NCBI GenBank assembly: GCA_035537435.1
Contig: DATLMC010000015.1
Span: 36,860-100,859, forward strand
Direction: 5' to 3'
DNA: 64,000 nt
From: Pyrinomonadaceae bacterium
GTDB taxonomy: Bacteria; Acidobacteriota; Blastocatellia; Pyrinomonadales; Pyrinomonadaceae
Below the pieces are notes generated by a model, which was given only the letters and a program-made list of their open reading frames with translations, ran no database searches and was not told the DNA's origin. Position numbers and translations under genes: made by a program. Shown piece by piece: positions 11,866 through 21,182 of the stretch (positions are counted from its first letter, which is position 1; every line of letters begins with the position of its first letter).

Positions 11866-14100
11866 ATGAAAAAAACTCAGACGCTCATCGCGCTGCTGAT
11901 CGCGTTCTCGTTCCTGCCGCGCGCGCGCGAGGCGAGCGCGCAAAGCGAGGGGCCGCGGCGCGGCATCACGGCGGAGGACTACTACTCGTTCGAGTTCCTG
12001 GGCGACCCGCACCTGTCGCCCGACGGCAGGTGGGTCGCCTACGTCTTGACGACGGTCGATCAGAAACAGAACCGCCGCGTCTCGAACATCTGGCTCGCGG
12101 CTGTCGACGGCGGCCGCGAGCCGCGGCAGTTCACGGCGAGCCCGCAGTCGTCCAGCTCGCCGCGCTGGTCGCCCGACGGCCGCTCGCTCGCCTTCCTCTC
12201 CGCGCGGCCCGAAGCGGCGGGCGTCTCGCCTTCCGCGCCGCCCGCGCCACAGGCGTCGCCGGGCGTGCCTGCCACTACGAGCCAGTCGGGCACGATTGGC
12301 GCGGCGCAGACGCCGATGCCTTCGACGAGTCCGGCGGGCTCGCCGCCGACGCCGACGACGCCGGGCGTCTCCAGCGCGCAGGCGACGGCGAGCGCCCCGG
12401 AGACCCCGCGCACGCAGGTCTACTTGCTGCCGCTCGACGGCGGCGAGGCGCGCCGCGTGACGAACCTGCGCAACGGCGTGTCGAGCTTCCAGTGGTCGCC
12501 CGACGGCACGCGCCTCGCGCTCCTGAGCCGCACGGGGCCGAGTGACACGAAAGCCCCGTCGAGCGACGTGCGCCACTACAAGCACCCCTCCTACAAGTTC
12601 AACGACACGGGCTGGTTCGACGACAAGCGCAGCCACGTCTTCGTCGTCGATGTCGCGACCGGGGCGTCGCGGCAGATCACTTCGGGCGACGACTGGAACG
12701 ACACGGACCCGCAGTGGTCGCCCGACGGGAGACGGATCGCCTTCGTCTCCGACCGCACCGGCAAAGCCTTCGACGAGAGCCGCAACACCGACGTGTGGGT
12801 CGTCAACTCGGACGGCACGGGCGCGCTCACAAAGATTTCAGATCACGACGAATCCGACGCTGGCCCGCGCTTCTCGCCCGACGGCAAGTGGATCGCGTTC
12901 ACGGGCGAGTTGCGTGATCGTGATCACCCGAAAATCTTTCTCGCGCCCGCGTCGGGCGGCGCGCCGTCGAAGTTGGCCGCGCGCGCGCTCGATCTCATCC
13001 CGTCGGGGCTCGAATGGGCAGAAGGCGGGCGCTCGATCTTCTTCGAGACGGGCGTGAAGGGCGAGTACCAGCTCTTCCGCGTGGACGTGCAGAGCGGCGA
13101 AGTCCGTCAGGTGACGACGGGCGCGCGGGCGGTGAGGAACGTGGACATCAACGACGCGGCGCGGAAGATGATCTACACCGCCAACGACTTCAAGCGCCTC
13201 GACGATCTCTACGTCGCCGGCCTCGACGGGAAGAACGAGAGGCAGATCACGCGGCTGAATCAAAGGCTCTGGGGTCAACTGCAACTCCAGGACGTGGAGC
13301 GCTTCACCTACAAGAGCGCTGACGGCTGGGACGTGGACGGCTTCCTCGTCAAGCCTCTGGGCTGGCAGGAGGGCAGGAAGTACCCGTTGATCTTGAGCGT
13401 CCACGGCGGGCCTGCCGGCCAGTACGGCGTCGACTGGTATCAGGAGTTTCAGGTCTACGCGGCGAAGGGGTGGGCCGTCCTGTTCACGAACCCGCGCGGC
13501 TCGACCGGCTACGGGCAGAAGTTCGAGCGCGGCATCGAGGGCGAGTGGGGGGGGAAGGACTACCAGGACGTGATGAACGGGGTGGACGCCGCGCTCGCGC
13601 GCTACCCGTGGATCGACCGCGAGCGCCTCGGCGTGACGGGCGGCTCTTACGGCGGCTTCATGACGAACTGGATCGTCGGCCACACGAACATCTTCAAGGC
13701 CGCCGTCACGCTGCGCAGCGTCACGAACTTCGTCTCGGACGAGGGCACGCGCGACGGGGCCTACGGGCACTCGCCCGACTTCGGCGGCGATCTCTTCGAG
13801 CGGTTCGATCTCTACTGGGATCGCTCCCCGCTCAAGTACGCGAAGAATGTTAAGACGCCGATCCTCATACTCCATTCGGATAACGACTTCCGCGTGCCGC
13901 TGGAGCAGGGCGAGCAGTGGTTCCGCGCGCTGAAGCACTACGGCGCGACCGCCGAGTTCGTCATCTTCCCGCGCGAGAACCACAACCTCACGCGCACGGG
14001 CGAGCCGAAGCACCTCGTCGAGAGCATGAACTGGCAGCTCTACTGGTTCGACCGCTACCTCAACGGCAACACGGCCGCCGTCCCGCCCGACGCGAGGTAG
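11866..14100 (+). CDS. Secreted S9-family peptidase (TolB-like beta-propeller plus prolyl oligopeptidase catalytic domain)
   Basis: Signal peptide MKKTQTLIALLIAFSF. Nucleophile VTGGSYGGFM, Asp HSDNDFRVP, His RENHNL. A Pro/Ser/Thr/Ala-rich insert is present. ATG 11866 is preferred over GTG 11860. Confidence 0.9.
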   Translation: MKKTQTLIALLIAFSFLPRAREASAQSEGPRRGITAEDYYSFEFLGDPHLSPDGRWVAYVLTTVDQKQNRRVSNIWLAAVDGGREPRQFTASPQSSSSPRWSPDGRSLAFLSARPEAAGVSPSAPPAPQASPGVPATTSQSGTIGAAQTPMPSTSPAGSPPTPTTPGVSSAQATASAPETPRTQVYLLPLDGGEARRVTNLRNGVSSFQWSPDGTRLALLSRTGPSDTKAPSSDVRHYKHPSYKFNDTGWFDDKRSHVFVVDVATGASRQITSGDDWNDTDPQWSPDGRRIAFVSDRTGKAFDESRNTDVWVVNSDGTGALTKISDHDESDAGPRFSPDGKWIAFTGELRDRDHPKIFLAPASGGAPSKLAARALDLIPSGLEWAEGGRSIFFETGVKGEYQLFRVDVQSGEVRQVTTGARAVRNVDINDAARKMIYTANDFKRLDDLYVAGLDGKNERQITRLNQRLWGQLQLQDVERFTYKSADGWDVDGFLVKPLGWQEGRKYPLILSVHGGPAGQYGVDWYQEFQVYAAKGWAVLFTNPRGSTGYGQKFERGIEGEWGGKDYQDVMNGVDAALARYPWIDRERLGVTGGSYGGFMTNWIVGHTNIFKAAVTLRSVTNFVSDEGTRDGAYGHSPDFGGDLFERFDLYWDRSPLKYAKNVKTPILILHSDNDFRVPLEQGEQWFRALKHYGATAEFVIFPRENHNLTRTGEPKHLVESMNWQLYWFDRYLNGNTAAVPPDAR

Positions 14101-14357
14101 AGGTGATGAGCACTGAGCACTGAGTACTAAGTCGCCGGACGAGCGCCCCGGGTGTTAACCGCGCGGGTTTTCAACCCCCCGGCGGTTAATAGTCGGGGCG
14201 CTCCTCTATCTTCACGCGCCGTCGCCGCCCCTCTCCCTAAAACGGGTCGGCACAACATAGTGCGTGCGGGGCACTACCCACGCGCACTATTTTGTGGTAG
14301 ATTGCGCGCGAATGATGTGACCGCCCGGCTCGCGGGCCGCCTGCCGTGATTTGCCCC

Positions 14358-15308
14358 ATGCAGAAGCTGATCCTCGCCGTCGCCTTCCTGATCGTCGCGA
14401 GCTGCGCCCCAGCCCGCGGTCAAACCAGCCGACCCCGCCCCGACGCGAAACGCCGCCCGGCGGACGCGCCGCTCGTCTTCCTCGACAGCACGAGGGAGCG
14501 CGACGGGCTCAAGGGGCCAGTGCGCCGCGTCGAGACGGAAGTCGTGAAGGTGGACTTCGACCGGGGCACGCGGGTCGAGCAGCGGCGCTCGCTCCTGGAG
14601 CGCACCCTCTACGACGAGAGCGGGCGGCGCGTCGAGAACCAGACCTACCCGGTCGTCGGCGAGGCGCGCGGCGACGAGATTCACAAGTACGACGCGCAGG
14701 GCAACCTCGCGGAGACGGTCGTGCGCGACGCGCGGGGCGCGACGCTCAGCCGCACGGTCTACGAGTACGAGTTCGACGCCTTCGGCAACTGGGTGAAGAT
14801 GACCGCCTCGGTCGCCGTCGTGAGCGCGGGCAAAGCGGGCTACGAGCCCGTCGAGGTGACCAGCCGCAGCATCACCTACTACCAGACCGACGAAGGCGTC
14901 GGCGCGAACACGCCGACCGCCGCGGGGGCGCAAGTCGCCGCCGCCGCGAGCGCGAACCCCGCGGCCAAGGGCGCGGGCGGCCAGGGGCCGCGCGAGGTCT
15001 CACGCGCGGCGGGCGACGAAGTGCGTGAGTTGGAGGTCGGCCTGCTGAACGACCGCGCCACGTCGCTGCCCAAGCCCGCCTTCGTGGTGACGGGGAAGCG
15101 GCTCGACGAGCCCGTCACCGTGTCGGTCGAAGTCGTCGTGGACGAGGCGGGGCGCGTCGTCGAGGCGCGCGCGAAGAACGGCCCGCCAGCGCTGCGTGAA
15201 GCCGTGGAGACCGCGGCGCTACGCGCGACGTTCCGGCCCTTTAACGTGGAGGGCCGCCCGGTCAGGGCGCGCGGGACGATGAGCTTCGCTTTCAACTTCT
15301 CGCCGTGA
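14358..15308 (+). CDS. Lipoprotein with YD-like repeats and a TonB-C-like C-terminal domain
   Basis: Lipobox LIVASC. YDESGRRVENQTY / KYDAQGNLAETV / YEYEFDAFGNWV repeats. The C-terminus VSVEVVVDEAGRVVEARA...FRPF... is TonB_C-like. Confidence 0.55.
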   Translation: MQKLILAVAFLIVASCAPARGQTSRPRPDAKRRPADAPLVFLDSTRERDGLKGPVRRVETEVVKVDFDRGTRVEQRRSLLERTLYDESGRRVENQTYPVVGEARGDEIHKYDAQGNLAETVVRDARGATLSRTVYEYEFDAFGNWVKMTASVAVVSAGKAGYEPVEVTSRSITYYQTDEGVGANTPTAAGAQVAAAASANPAAKGAGGQGPREVSRAAGDEVRELEVGLLNDRATSLPKPAFVVTGKRLDEPVTVSVEVVVDEAGRVVEARAKNGPPALREAVETAALRATFRPFNVEGRPVRARGTMSFAFNFSP

Positions 15309-16480
15309 GGTGGCGGGGCGGCACGGTTCACGACCCGGCGGTCGAGAGTTTGAAAACGCGAGGGCATACGGGGAAGCAGGAAGTGGAAAACGTAGAGCGC
15401 ACGCAGTTCGTGGTCTTAACGGGTCATCTGGACGACCGCCCTTTGCCCGATCTCGTCAGGACGTTGCGGGCACAGAGGAAGTCTGGGCGGTTGCAGGTCG
15501 AGTACCCGGACGCGCCCGGCTCCTTCTTCTTCGAAGAAGGTCAGCTCGTCGACGCGCAGCTCGGTTCCCTGCGCGGCGTCGAAGCCCTCTACGCCGCGCT
15601 CTCCCTGCGCGGCGCGTCCTTCAACTTCAACCCGCTGGTGCGCCCGCCAGAGCGCAGCATCGACCGGCAGGGGCAGAAGTTCATCAGCGATCTGGTGGAA
15701 GCCCCGCGCCGCGAAGGTCTCTCGGAGATCAGGGTCGCGGGCAGGGAACTGCACGCGCCGCAGTCCGTGCCGCACGAGTTGCCGCCCGCGCCGCAGAACG
15801 CGCTCGTGCGACTTGAGCCCGCGGCGGCCGCGGCGCTGACCGCCCCGCTCGAAGCGCGGCTCGACGCGGTGGAGTCGGCCATCGTCTCCGCCTCGCGGCG
15901 CTTCTCGCGCGAGCGTCTGATCTACCTGATGGTCATCGCGTTTCTGTCCGGGCTCGCCTCGATCACGGCGCTGCAAGTTATCTTCACGCCCCGCGAGTCG
16001 TCGCCCGCGGCCGGGGTCGCGCAGACGAATCCGAAGCCCGCGGCCGCGGACACACCGGGCGGCGCGGCGGCCGCGGACGCGGCGCGGACGACGGCCGACG
16101 CGGCGGCGACTACTCAAGGGGCGGGGGCCACAGCCAGGGTCGAGACCGGGCGCGCCGCGCCGCCGCAGCCTGCGGGCGCGTCGAAGAAGGCCGAGCCCGC
16201 CGCGAAGCAGGCGCAAGCCGCCCCGCCGCCCGCGCAGTCTGCCGCCGTCCCGCAGACGGACGCGCGCAAGGCGGCGGCGCAGGACGCGCCGGCGCGCGGC
16301 GGCTACGTCGTCCACGTCCTGATGGAAGTGAAGGACGGGCGCGTGGCGGAGGCGCGCGTGCTCAACCCCCGACCCGGCGCGGGCGCGTACGAGGCGCTCG
16401 CGTTGCGCATGGCGCGCCAGCGCCGTTACCCAGACACCTTCACCGGCGGCGACACGTGGAAGATCACGGTGAAGCCCTGA
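15305..16480 (+). CDS. DUF4388 (PatA-N-like) domain protein with a TM segment, an Ala/Pro-rich linker and a TonB-C-like C-terminus
   Basis: LTGHLDDRPLPDLVRTLRAQRKSGRLQVE...FFFEEGQLVDAQ is typical of DUF4388. GTG 15305 overlaps the upstream TGA as GTGA. An alternative GTG is at 15383. Confidence 0.55.
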   Translation: MRWRGGTVHDPAVESLKTRGHTGKQEVENVERTQFVVLTGHLDDRPLPDLVRTLRAQRKSGRLQVEYPDAPGSFFFEEGQLVDAQLGSLRGVEALYAALSLRGASFNFNPLVRPPERSIDRQGQKFISDLVEAPRREGLSEIRVAGRELHAPQSVPHELPPAPQNALVRLEPAAAAALTAPLEARLDAVESAIVSASRRFSRERLIYLMVIAFLSGLASITALQVIFTPRESSPAAGVAQTNPKPAAADTPGGAAAADAARTTADAAATTQGAGATARVETGRAAPPQPAGASKKAEPAAKQAQAAPPPAQSAAVPQTDARKAAAQDAPARGGYVVHVLMEVKDGRVAEARVLNPRPGAGAYEALALRMARQRRYPDTFTGGDTWKITVKP

Positions 16481-16551
16481 CGGTAAGCGCCGCGCGCGAG
16501 AGATCGCCCGCGGCGCTTTTACACGAACCGCGCGGGGCGCTCGGACGAGTG

Positions 16552-18018
16552 ATGCTGTTCATCCAGAACAACAACCTGGCGATCTCGCTCGACGAGGGCG
16601 CACGCCTCCGCCTGCTCGAAGCGCTCGCGGCGCGCGGGCACGCCCCGCTCGTCCGCGCGTCGCGCCGTCGGCGCTTCGAGCTGCTCGTCGGCGGGGGGGC
16701 GGAAGACGGGGCGGCGGGGTCGGCGGCCGCGGAACTGGAGCGGCGTTGCGCCGCGCGGCGCGAGTCGCGCCCGGCCGGCGGCGCGTACACGCCGGGCGAT
16801 CTCTTCTGCGCGAGCGATTGCGTGTTCTTCGTCGTCTTCGGCGAGTCGGCGGGGGAGGGGTTGAGCGCAGGCGTCGTCTACAGCATCGAGACGACCGAGC
16901 CGCTGCTCAAGCTCGACCGCTTCTGCCGCGACGTGCGCGAGGCTCTGATCAGGATCGAGGGGGGCGAGGACGGCGAGGCGCGGGCTGAGGCGCGGGGGCC
17001 TCACGAGCTGCCGTGCTGGAAGGCGCGCTCTGTCCAGTCGTCTCAGGGGCTGGCGCGCTTCATCGCCATCCAGCCGACGGACTTCGCCGTCGCCGCGCGC
17101 TGCCGCGGCGGCGCGCGCGAGTTCCTGCGCGCCTCGGAGTTGATGGAGAGTCAGGCGGTGCGGCTCTTCCTGCGGCGCGTGCAGGAGATGCGGCGCGAGG
17201 GCTACACGCCGCGCCGCCTGCTCGCGGAGGCGGTCGCCGCGGGCGGCGTCTCGGTCGAGCGGATGCTGGACGCGGGGCTGCTGGAGCGCGAGGTGCGCGT
17301 GAGCTGCCGCAAGTCTGGGCACGCGCTGTTTGATCTGCCGACGCCCGACTCGCTCGCCGCGATCACGATCAGCAAGGCGAAGTGCAGCCTGTGCGCCGCG
17401 CCCGTCGCCGACGAGGTGGTCGAGGAGACGATCAACCCGACGTGGCTCGCCGTCACGCTGCTCGAAGACGGCACGTGGCTCAACAACCGCGTCTACAAGA
17501 TCATCCGCTCTCTGGGCGTGCCCGACAGCGAGATCGCGACAGGCCCCGCCTCGCCGCACGGCGAGTCGTACATCGCGGCGGAGGTCTGCGGCAAGTCCTT
17601 CCTCTTCGTCACGCGGGACGGCGATCTGACGCCGGCGTTCGCGCGCCGCGTCGTCGAGACGGTCGCCGAGACCGAAGCCGCGCACCTCGTCGCCGTCACG
17701 ACCGGCGCGGTCGAGGACGAAGGGCGCTTGCGCCTCTACGAGTTCGCGTGGCGGAGGGCGCGCGACGGGAGAGATTTAGACGTCACGCTCGCCGAAGGGC
17801 TCGCGGCGGCGCGCCCGGAGATCGAGCGGGCCTTCGGGCGCGCCGTGCACCGCGAGCTGGCGCGCCGACTCTTCACGCTCGACGCGCCGCTCGGCTTCGG
17901 CGCGTCCAACTTCGTGCTCGACTGGTTCAACCTCACCCGCGCCCCGGGCGCGAAGGGCAGCGAGGCGGGCGCGCCCATGCCCCTCTTCCCCGAACTCGAT
18001 CAGCGCGTCGCGTCTTAA
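16552..18018 (+). CDS. Hypothetical protein (about 489 aa), no recognised domain
   Basis: Coding-like composition, co-oriented with and downstream of the DUF4388 gene. ATG 16552 (MLFIQNNNLA) is preferred to the track start at 16456. Confidence 0.5.
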   Translation: MLFIQNNNLAISLDEGARLRLLEALAARGHAPLVRASRRRRFELLVGGGAEDGAAGSAAAELERRCAARRESRPAGGAYTPGDLFCASDCVFFVVFGESAGEGLSAGVVYSIETTEPLLKLDRFCRDVREALIRIEGGEDGEARAEARGPHELPCWKARSVQSSQGLARFIAIQPTDFAVAARCRGGAREFLRASELMESQAVRLFLRRVQEMRREGYTPRRLLAEAVAAGGVSVERMLDAGLLEREVRVSCRKSGHALFDLPTPDSLAAITISKAKCSLCAAPVADEVVEETINPTWLAVTLLEDGTWLNNRVYKIIRSLGVPDSEIATGPASPHGESYIAAEVCGKSFLFVTRDGDLTPAFARRVVETVAETEAAHLVAVTTGAVEDEGRLRLYEFAWRRARDGRDLDVTLAEGLAAARPEIERAFGRAVHRELARRLFTLDAPLGFGASNFVLDWFNLTRAPGAKGSEAGAPMPLFPELDQRVAS

Positions 18019-18815
18019 CGCGGCCGCGTGCGCTCGGTCTGGTGCGGGCGGCTCCACAGCAACTGGCCGTCGCGCGGATCGACGCCGACGATTGCGTCGT
18101 ACATGAAGGCGACGAGCTCGTCCTGCCCGCCGACGTTGATGAGGAGCGGCGTGGAGGGCGAGTTGCGGAAGTCGTGCCGCTTCCAGACGACGCGCCCGTC
18201 CCTCTGATCGAAAGCCACGAGGGCGCCGCCCGCGCCGCCGACCTGCATGATGACGGTGTCGCGGTAGGCGGTCGGGCTACAGGCGTAGCCGTTGACGCGG
18301 AGCGTCCCCTGAAACTCGCCCAACAGATCGTGCCTCCAGACGAGCTTTCCCGAAGCGCGATCCAGCGCGTGGAGCTTGCCCGTCGCCCCGTCGACGAAGA
18401 CGCGCCCGCCTGAGACGAGCGGCGTCGCGTGCGGGCCGGGGCCGTTCTCCATCGAATAGTCGGGCGAGAACGGCGCGTCGTAGGCGTACTCCCAGAGGGT
18501 CTTGCCGCTCGCGGCGTCGAGGGCGACGGCGACCTCCTGCGTCCCGCGCCGGTACATCGTAAACAGCCGGCCGCCTTCCGCCGCGATGGCCGAATAGCCT
18601 TCGCCGAGTTCGCGAGCCCACAGCCGCCGCGGCCCCGTTTCGGGCCACGAGGCCGCGAGCCCCTTCACGTCGGATTTGAAATCCCTGCGCGCCCCGCCCC
18701 ACTGGGGCCATTCCAGCGTTTGCGCCGAAGCCAAAGGTGCGACGCACGCGAGGCACAGCAGCAGCGCGACACGGGGCGCGACGCGGACGCGCAGAGCCGG
18801 GTTCTGATTCTTCAT
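18015..18815 (-). CDS. Secreted PQQ-like beta-propeller repeat protein (short, possibly truncated)
   Basis: Signal peptide, then repeated G.L.A.D..(S)GK..W motifs (ALDAASGKTLWEY, ALDRASGKLVWRH). At 266 aa it is shorter than typical family members. Confidence 0.6.
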   Translation of the reverse strand: MKNQNPALRVRVAPRVALLLCLACVAPLASAQTLEWPQWGGARRDFKSDVKGLAASWPETGPRRLWARELGEGYSAIAAEGGRLFTMYRRGTQEVAVALDAASGKTLWEYAYDAPFSPDYSMENGPGPHATPLVSGGRVFVDGATGKLHALDRASGKLVWRHDLLGEFQGTLRVNGYACSPTAYRDTVIMQVGGAGGALVAFDQRDGRVVWKRHDFRNSPSTPLLINVGGQDELVAFMYDAIVGVDPRDGQLLWSRPHQTERTRPR

Positions 18816-19091
18816 CGTCTACCGCCCCGCGCCTTCCGGCTTTGGCTTCTCGAAGAGCGACGGCGGGACCTCGCCGTTAAGGATGATCGACTCGACGCTC
18901 GAAGAGAGCGAAGGCTCGGCAGGAGCGGGCAATCGGCGGCGAGATGCCCCGCCGCGCGGCGGACGGCGGCGCGGATGATAGCAGGTGCGGGCTTGAATCG
19001 GGCGAGACGCGGGCGGGGCAGAAAAGTGATGAGTACAGAGTGGAAGACAAATGCTTTAACTCGGTACTCCGTACTCATCACTCGGTACTCA

Positions 19092-20078
19092 TCACTTTTC
19101 TCTATCGGCGAAGATCGAGCCGACGCGGCGGAAGCGTTCCTCGCTCGCGCGCACCTGCTTGAGGAAGCCGGGCATGTTCGTTGCAGTCCACTCAGCGATC
19201 CGCGGCTGCCGACCGTCGGCGTCCGTCAAGCCGTACTCGCGCGCCAGCGTCCACGAGCCGAAAACTTTGCCCGACTTCTTCAGCACCTTCGGATCGGCCG
19301 CGAGCGCCGCGACGCCGCGGCCGACGAGCAGCGGCGTCTCCGACTCGATGAAGGAAGGGTGTTTCTTCGCGCCGTCGCGCCAGTTCTCCTCGGTCACGCC
19401 GAGGTGTTCGAGCATCGCCTCGGAGCGCAGGAAGCCCGGCGAGACGGCGACCGCCGCGACACGGTGGCGTCGCAGCTCCTCGGCAAACGCGAAGGCGAGG
19501 CGGATGACCGCGGCCTTGACGAAGTCGTAGAAGAATTGACCGCGGTAGTAGAGCCCGTCGCCGTCCGTGATCTCGACGACGAGCCCGCGCTTCTGCCCGA
19601 CCATCAGGGGCACGCCGTGGCGGCTCGTGATGACGTGCGAGAGCACCGCGCGCTCGATCATCTTGAGACCCTTTTCGAGCGAGCACTCCCAGAAGGGCTT
19701 GCCCCACTCGGTCAGGTGGTCGCCGCCCCACACGTCGTTGACGAGCACGTCGAGGCGACCCTGCTCGCGCTCGACGCGGCGGAAGAGCGCGCGCACCTCC
19801 CGCTCGTCGGTGTGATCGACCCGCGCGTGAACGCCTACGCCGCCGTGCGCCGAGACCATCTCGGCCGTCTCTTCAATCGTCTCCGGGCGCGCATCCGGGT
19901 CGAAGGCGTTCGCCTTCGTCCTCCTCTTCGCGATCCTTTTACCGCGCACGCTCCGGCCCGTGCAGTAGACAGTAGCGCCCGCCTCGCCGAGCGCGCGGGC
20001 GATGCCGCGGCCCGCCCCGCGCGTCGCGCCCGCCACCACCGCGACCCTGCCTTCGAGCGATCCGGTCTTGCGTCCCAT
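19092..20078 (-). CDS. SDR-family oxidoreductase with a C-terminal extension
   Basis: AVVAGATRGAGRGIARALGEAGATVY Rossmann motif. RBS GGGAGGG. Confidence 0.85.
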   Translation of the reverse strand: MGRKTGSLEGRVAVVAGATRGAGRGIARALGEAGATVYCTGRSVRGKRIAKRRTKANAFDPDARPETIEETAEMVSAHGGVGVHARVDHTDEREVRALFRRVEREQGRLDVLVNDVWGGDHLTEWGKPFWECSLEKGLKMIERAVLSHVITSRHGVPLMVGQKRGLVVEITDGDGLYYRGQFFYDFVKAAVIRLAFAFAEELRRHRVAAVAVSPGFLRSEAMLEHLGVTEENWRDGAKKHPSFIESETPLLVGRGVAALAADPKVLKKSGKVFGSWTLAREYGLTDADGRQPRIAEWTATNMPGFLKQVRASEERFRRVGSIFADREK

Positions 20079-20090
20079 CGCGCCCTCCCG

Positions 20091-21083
20091 TCAGCGCGCC
20101 GCCGCCGCCCCGCCCCGCGCGGGCCGTTCCTCTCCGAGGTACTGCCTGCCGCGCCGCGCGATCCCCTCCAGCCATTCGACGTGCCGCTCCACGCCCGTCC
20201 TCATCCACTTCATCGAAGGGATGACGTTCTCCGCGAAGTGCTTGATTAGATCGGGCCGGCGGCCGTCGTAGTCCGTGAATCCGTACTCACGCGCCAGCTC
20301 GTAGGAGCTAGTGATGTCACCCGTGCGTTCCATGACTTTCCGATCCTGCGCGAGCGCGGCGACGGCGCGGCCGATGAAGAGCGGCGACTCGGATTCGAGG
20401 AAGTTCGCGTCCTTCTTCGCGCCGTCGCGCCAGTTCTCTTCGGTGACGCCGAAGTGTTCGAGCATGAACTCCGCGCGCAGGTAGCCCGGCGTGATCGCCA
20501 CGGCCGCGACGCGGTGCTTGCGCAAGTCCTCCGCCAGCATCACGGCGAGCCCCTTCAACGAAAACTTGACGAGCTGCGCCAGGATGTTGCCCCCGCAGAA
20601 GAGCAGATCGAACTCGGTCACTTCGACGATCAGACCGCGCCGCCGCCTGATCATGAGCGGCGCGGCGTACCTGGCGGTGATGACGTGCGAGAACAGCGCG
20701 TTCTCTAAGATCGCCACGCCGTTCGTCAGATCGGTCTCGCAGAGGGAAGTCCACCCGGCCATCCTCATGTCCGTGCCCGCGACGTTGTCCGCGAGCACGT
20801 CGAGTCGCCCCTGCTCCCTCTCGACGCGCTCGAAGAGGGCGCGCACTTGCGCCTCGTCCGTGTGATCGACCTGCGCCGCGATGCCGACGCCGCCCGACTC
20901 GTTGACCATCCCCGCGGTCTCTTCGATGGTCTCCGGCCTGCCGTAGGGCGAAGGGTGGCCTTCGACGCTGCGACCCGTGCAGTAGACGGTCGCGCCCGCC
21001 TCGCCGAGCGCGCGCGCGATGCCGCGCCCCGCGCCGCGCGTCGCGCCCGCCACCACCGCCACCTTGCCTTTCAAACTCGCCAT
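20091..21083 (-). CDS. SDR-family oxidoreductase (tandem paralogue of 19092-20078)
   Basis: The same AVVAGATRGAGRGIARALGEAGATVYCTGRS motif and a collinear alignment with its neighbour. AAGGAGG precedes ATG 21083. Confidence 0.85.
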   Translation of the reverse strand: MASLKGKVAVVAGATRGAGRGIARALGEAGATVYCTGRSVEGHPSPYGRPETIEETAGMVNESGGVGIAAQVDHTDEAQVRALFERVEREQGRLDVLADNVAGTDMRMAGWTSLCETDLTNGVAILENALFSHVITARYAAPLMIRRRRGLIVEVTEFDLLFCGGNILAQLVKFSLKGLAVMLAEDLRKHRVAAVAITPGYLRAEFMLEHFGVTEENWRDGAKKDANFLESESPLFIGRAVAALAQDRKVMERTGDITSSYELAREYGFTDYDGRRPDLIKHFAENVIPSMKWMRTGVERHVEWLEGIARRGRQYLGEERPARGGAAAAR

Positions 21084-21182
21084 CACGCGCCTCCTTCTCC
21101 GACTTGCGGCAAGTTTACCGAAAACGCGGTCGGGTAGTCTTGGCGTTTTTTGATGCGGGACGGGAGAACCCCCGCCGCCGGC

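Noticed and set aside
10164-11867. Very long antisense or alternate-frame ORFs throughout the track. Examples: 51-962(-), 1374-2120(-), 3410-5065(-), 10164-11867(-), 11719-12636(-), 12838-14013(-), 16519-17685(-), 18429-20249(+), 32204-33529(+), 35628-37373(+), 40233-41243(-), 42673-44313(+), 44082-45170(-), 49498-51060(-), 52719-54059(-), 52868-54097(+), 56375-57856(+), 59121-60989(-), 61508-62617(-).
   Set aside because: They are Arg/Ala/Gly/Pro-dominated with no recognisable motifs. Each lies opposite to, or out of frame with, an ORF carrying clear catalytic or family motifs. Long stop-free antisense frames are expected at this GC content.
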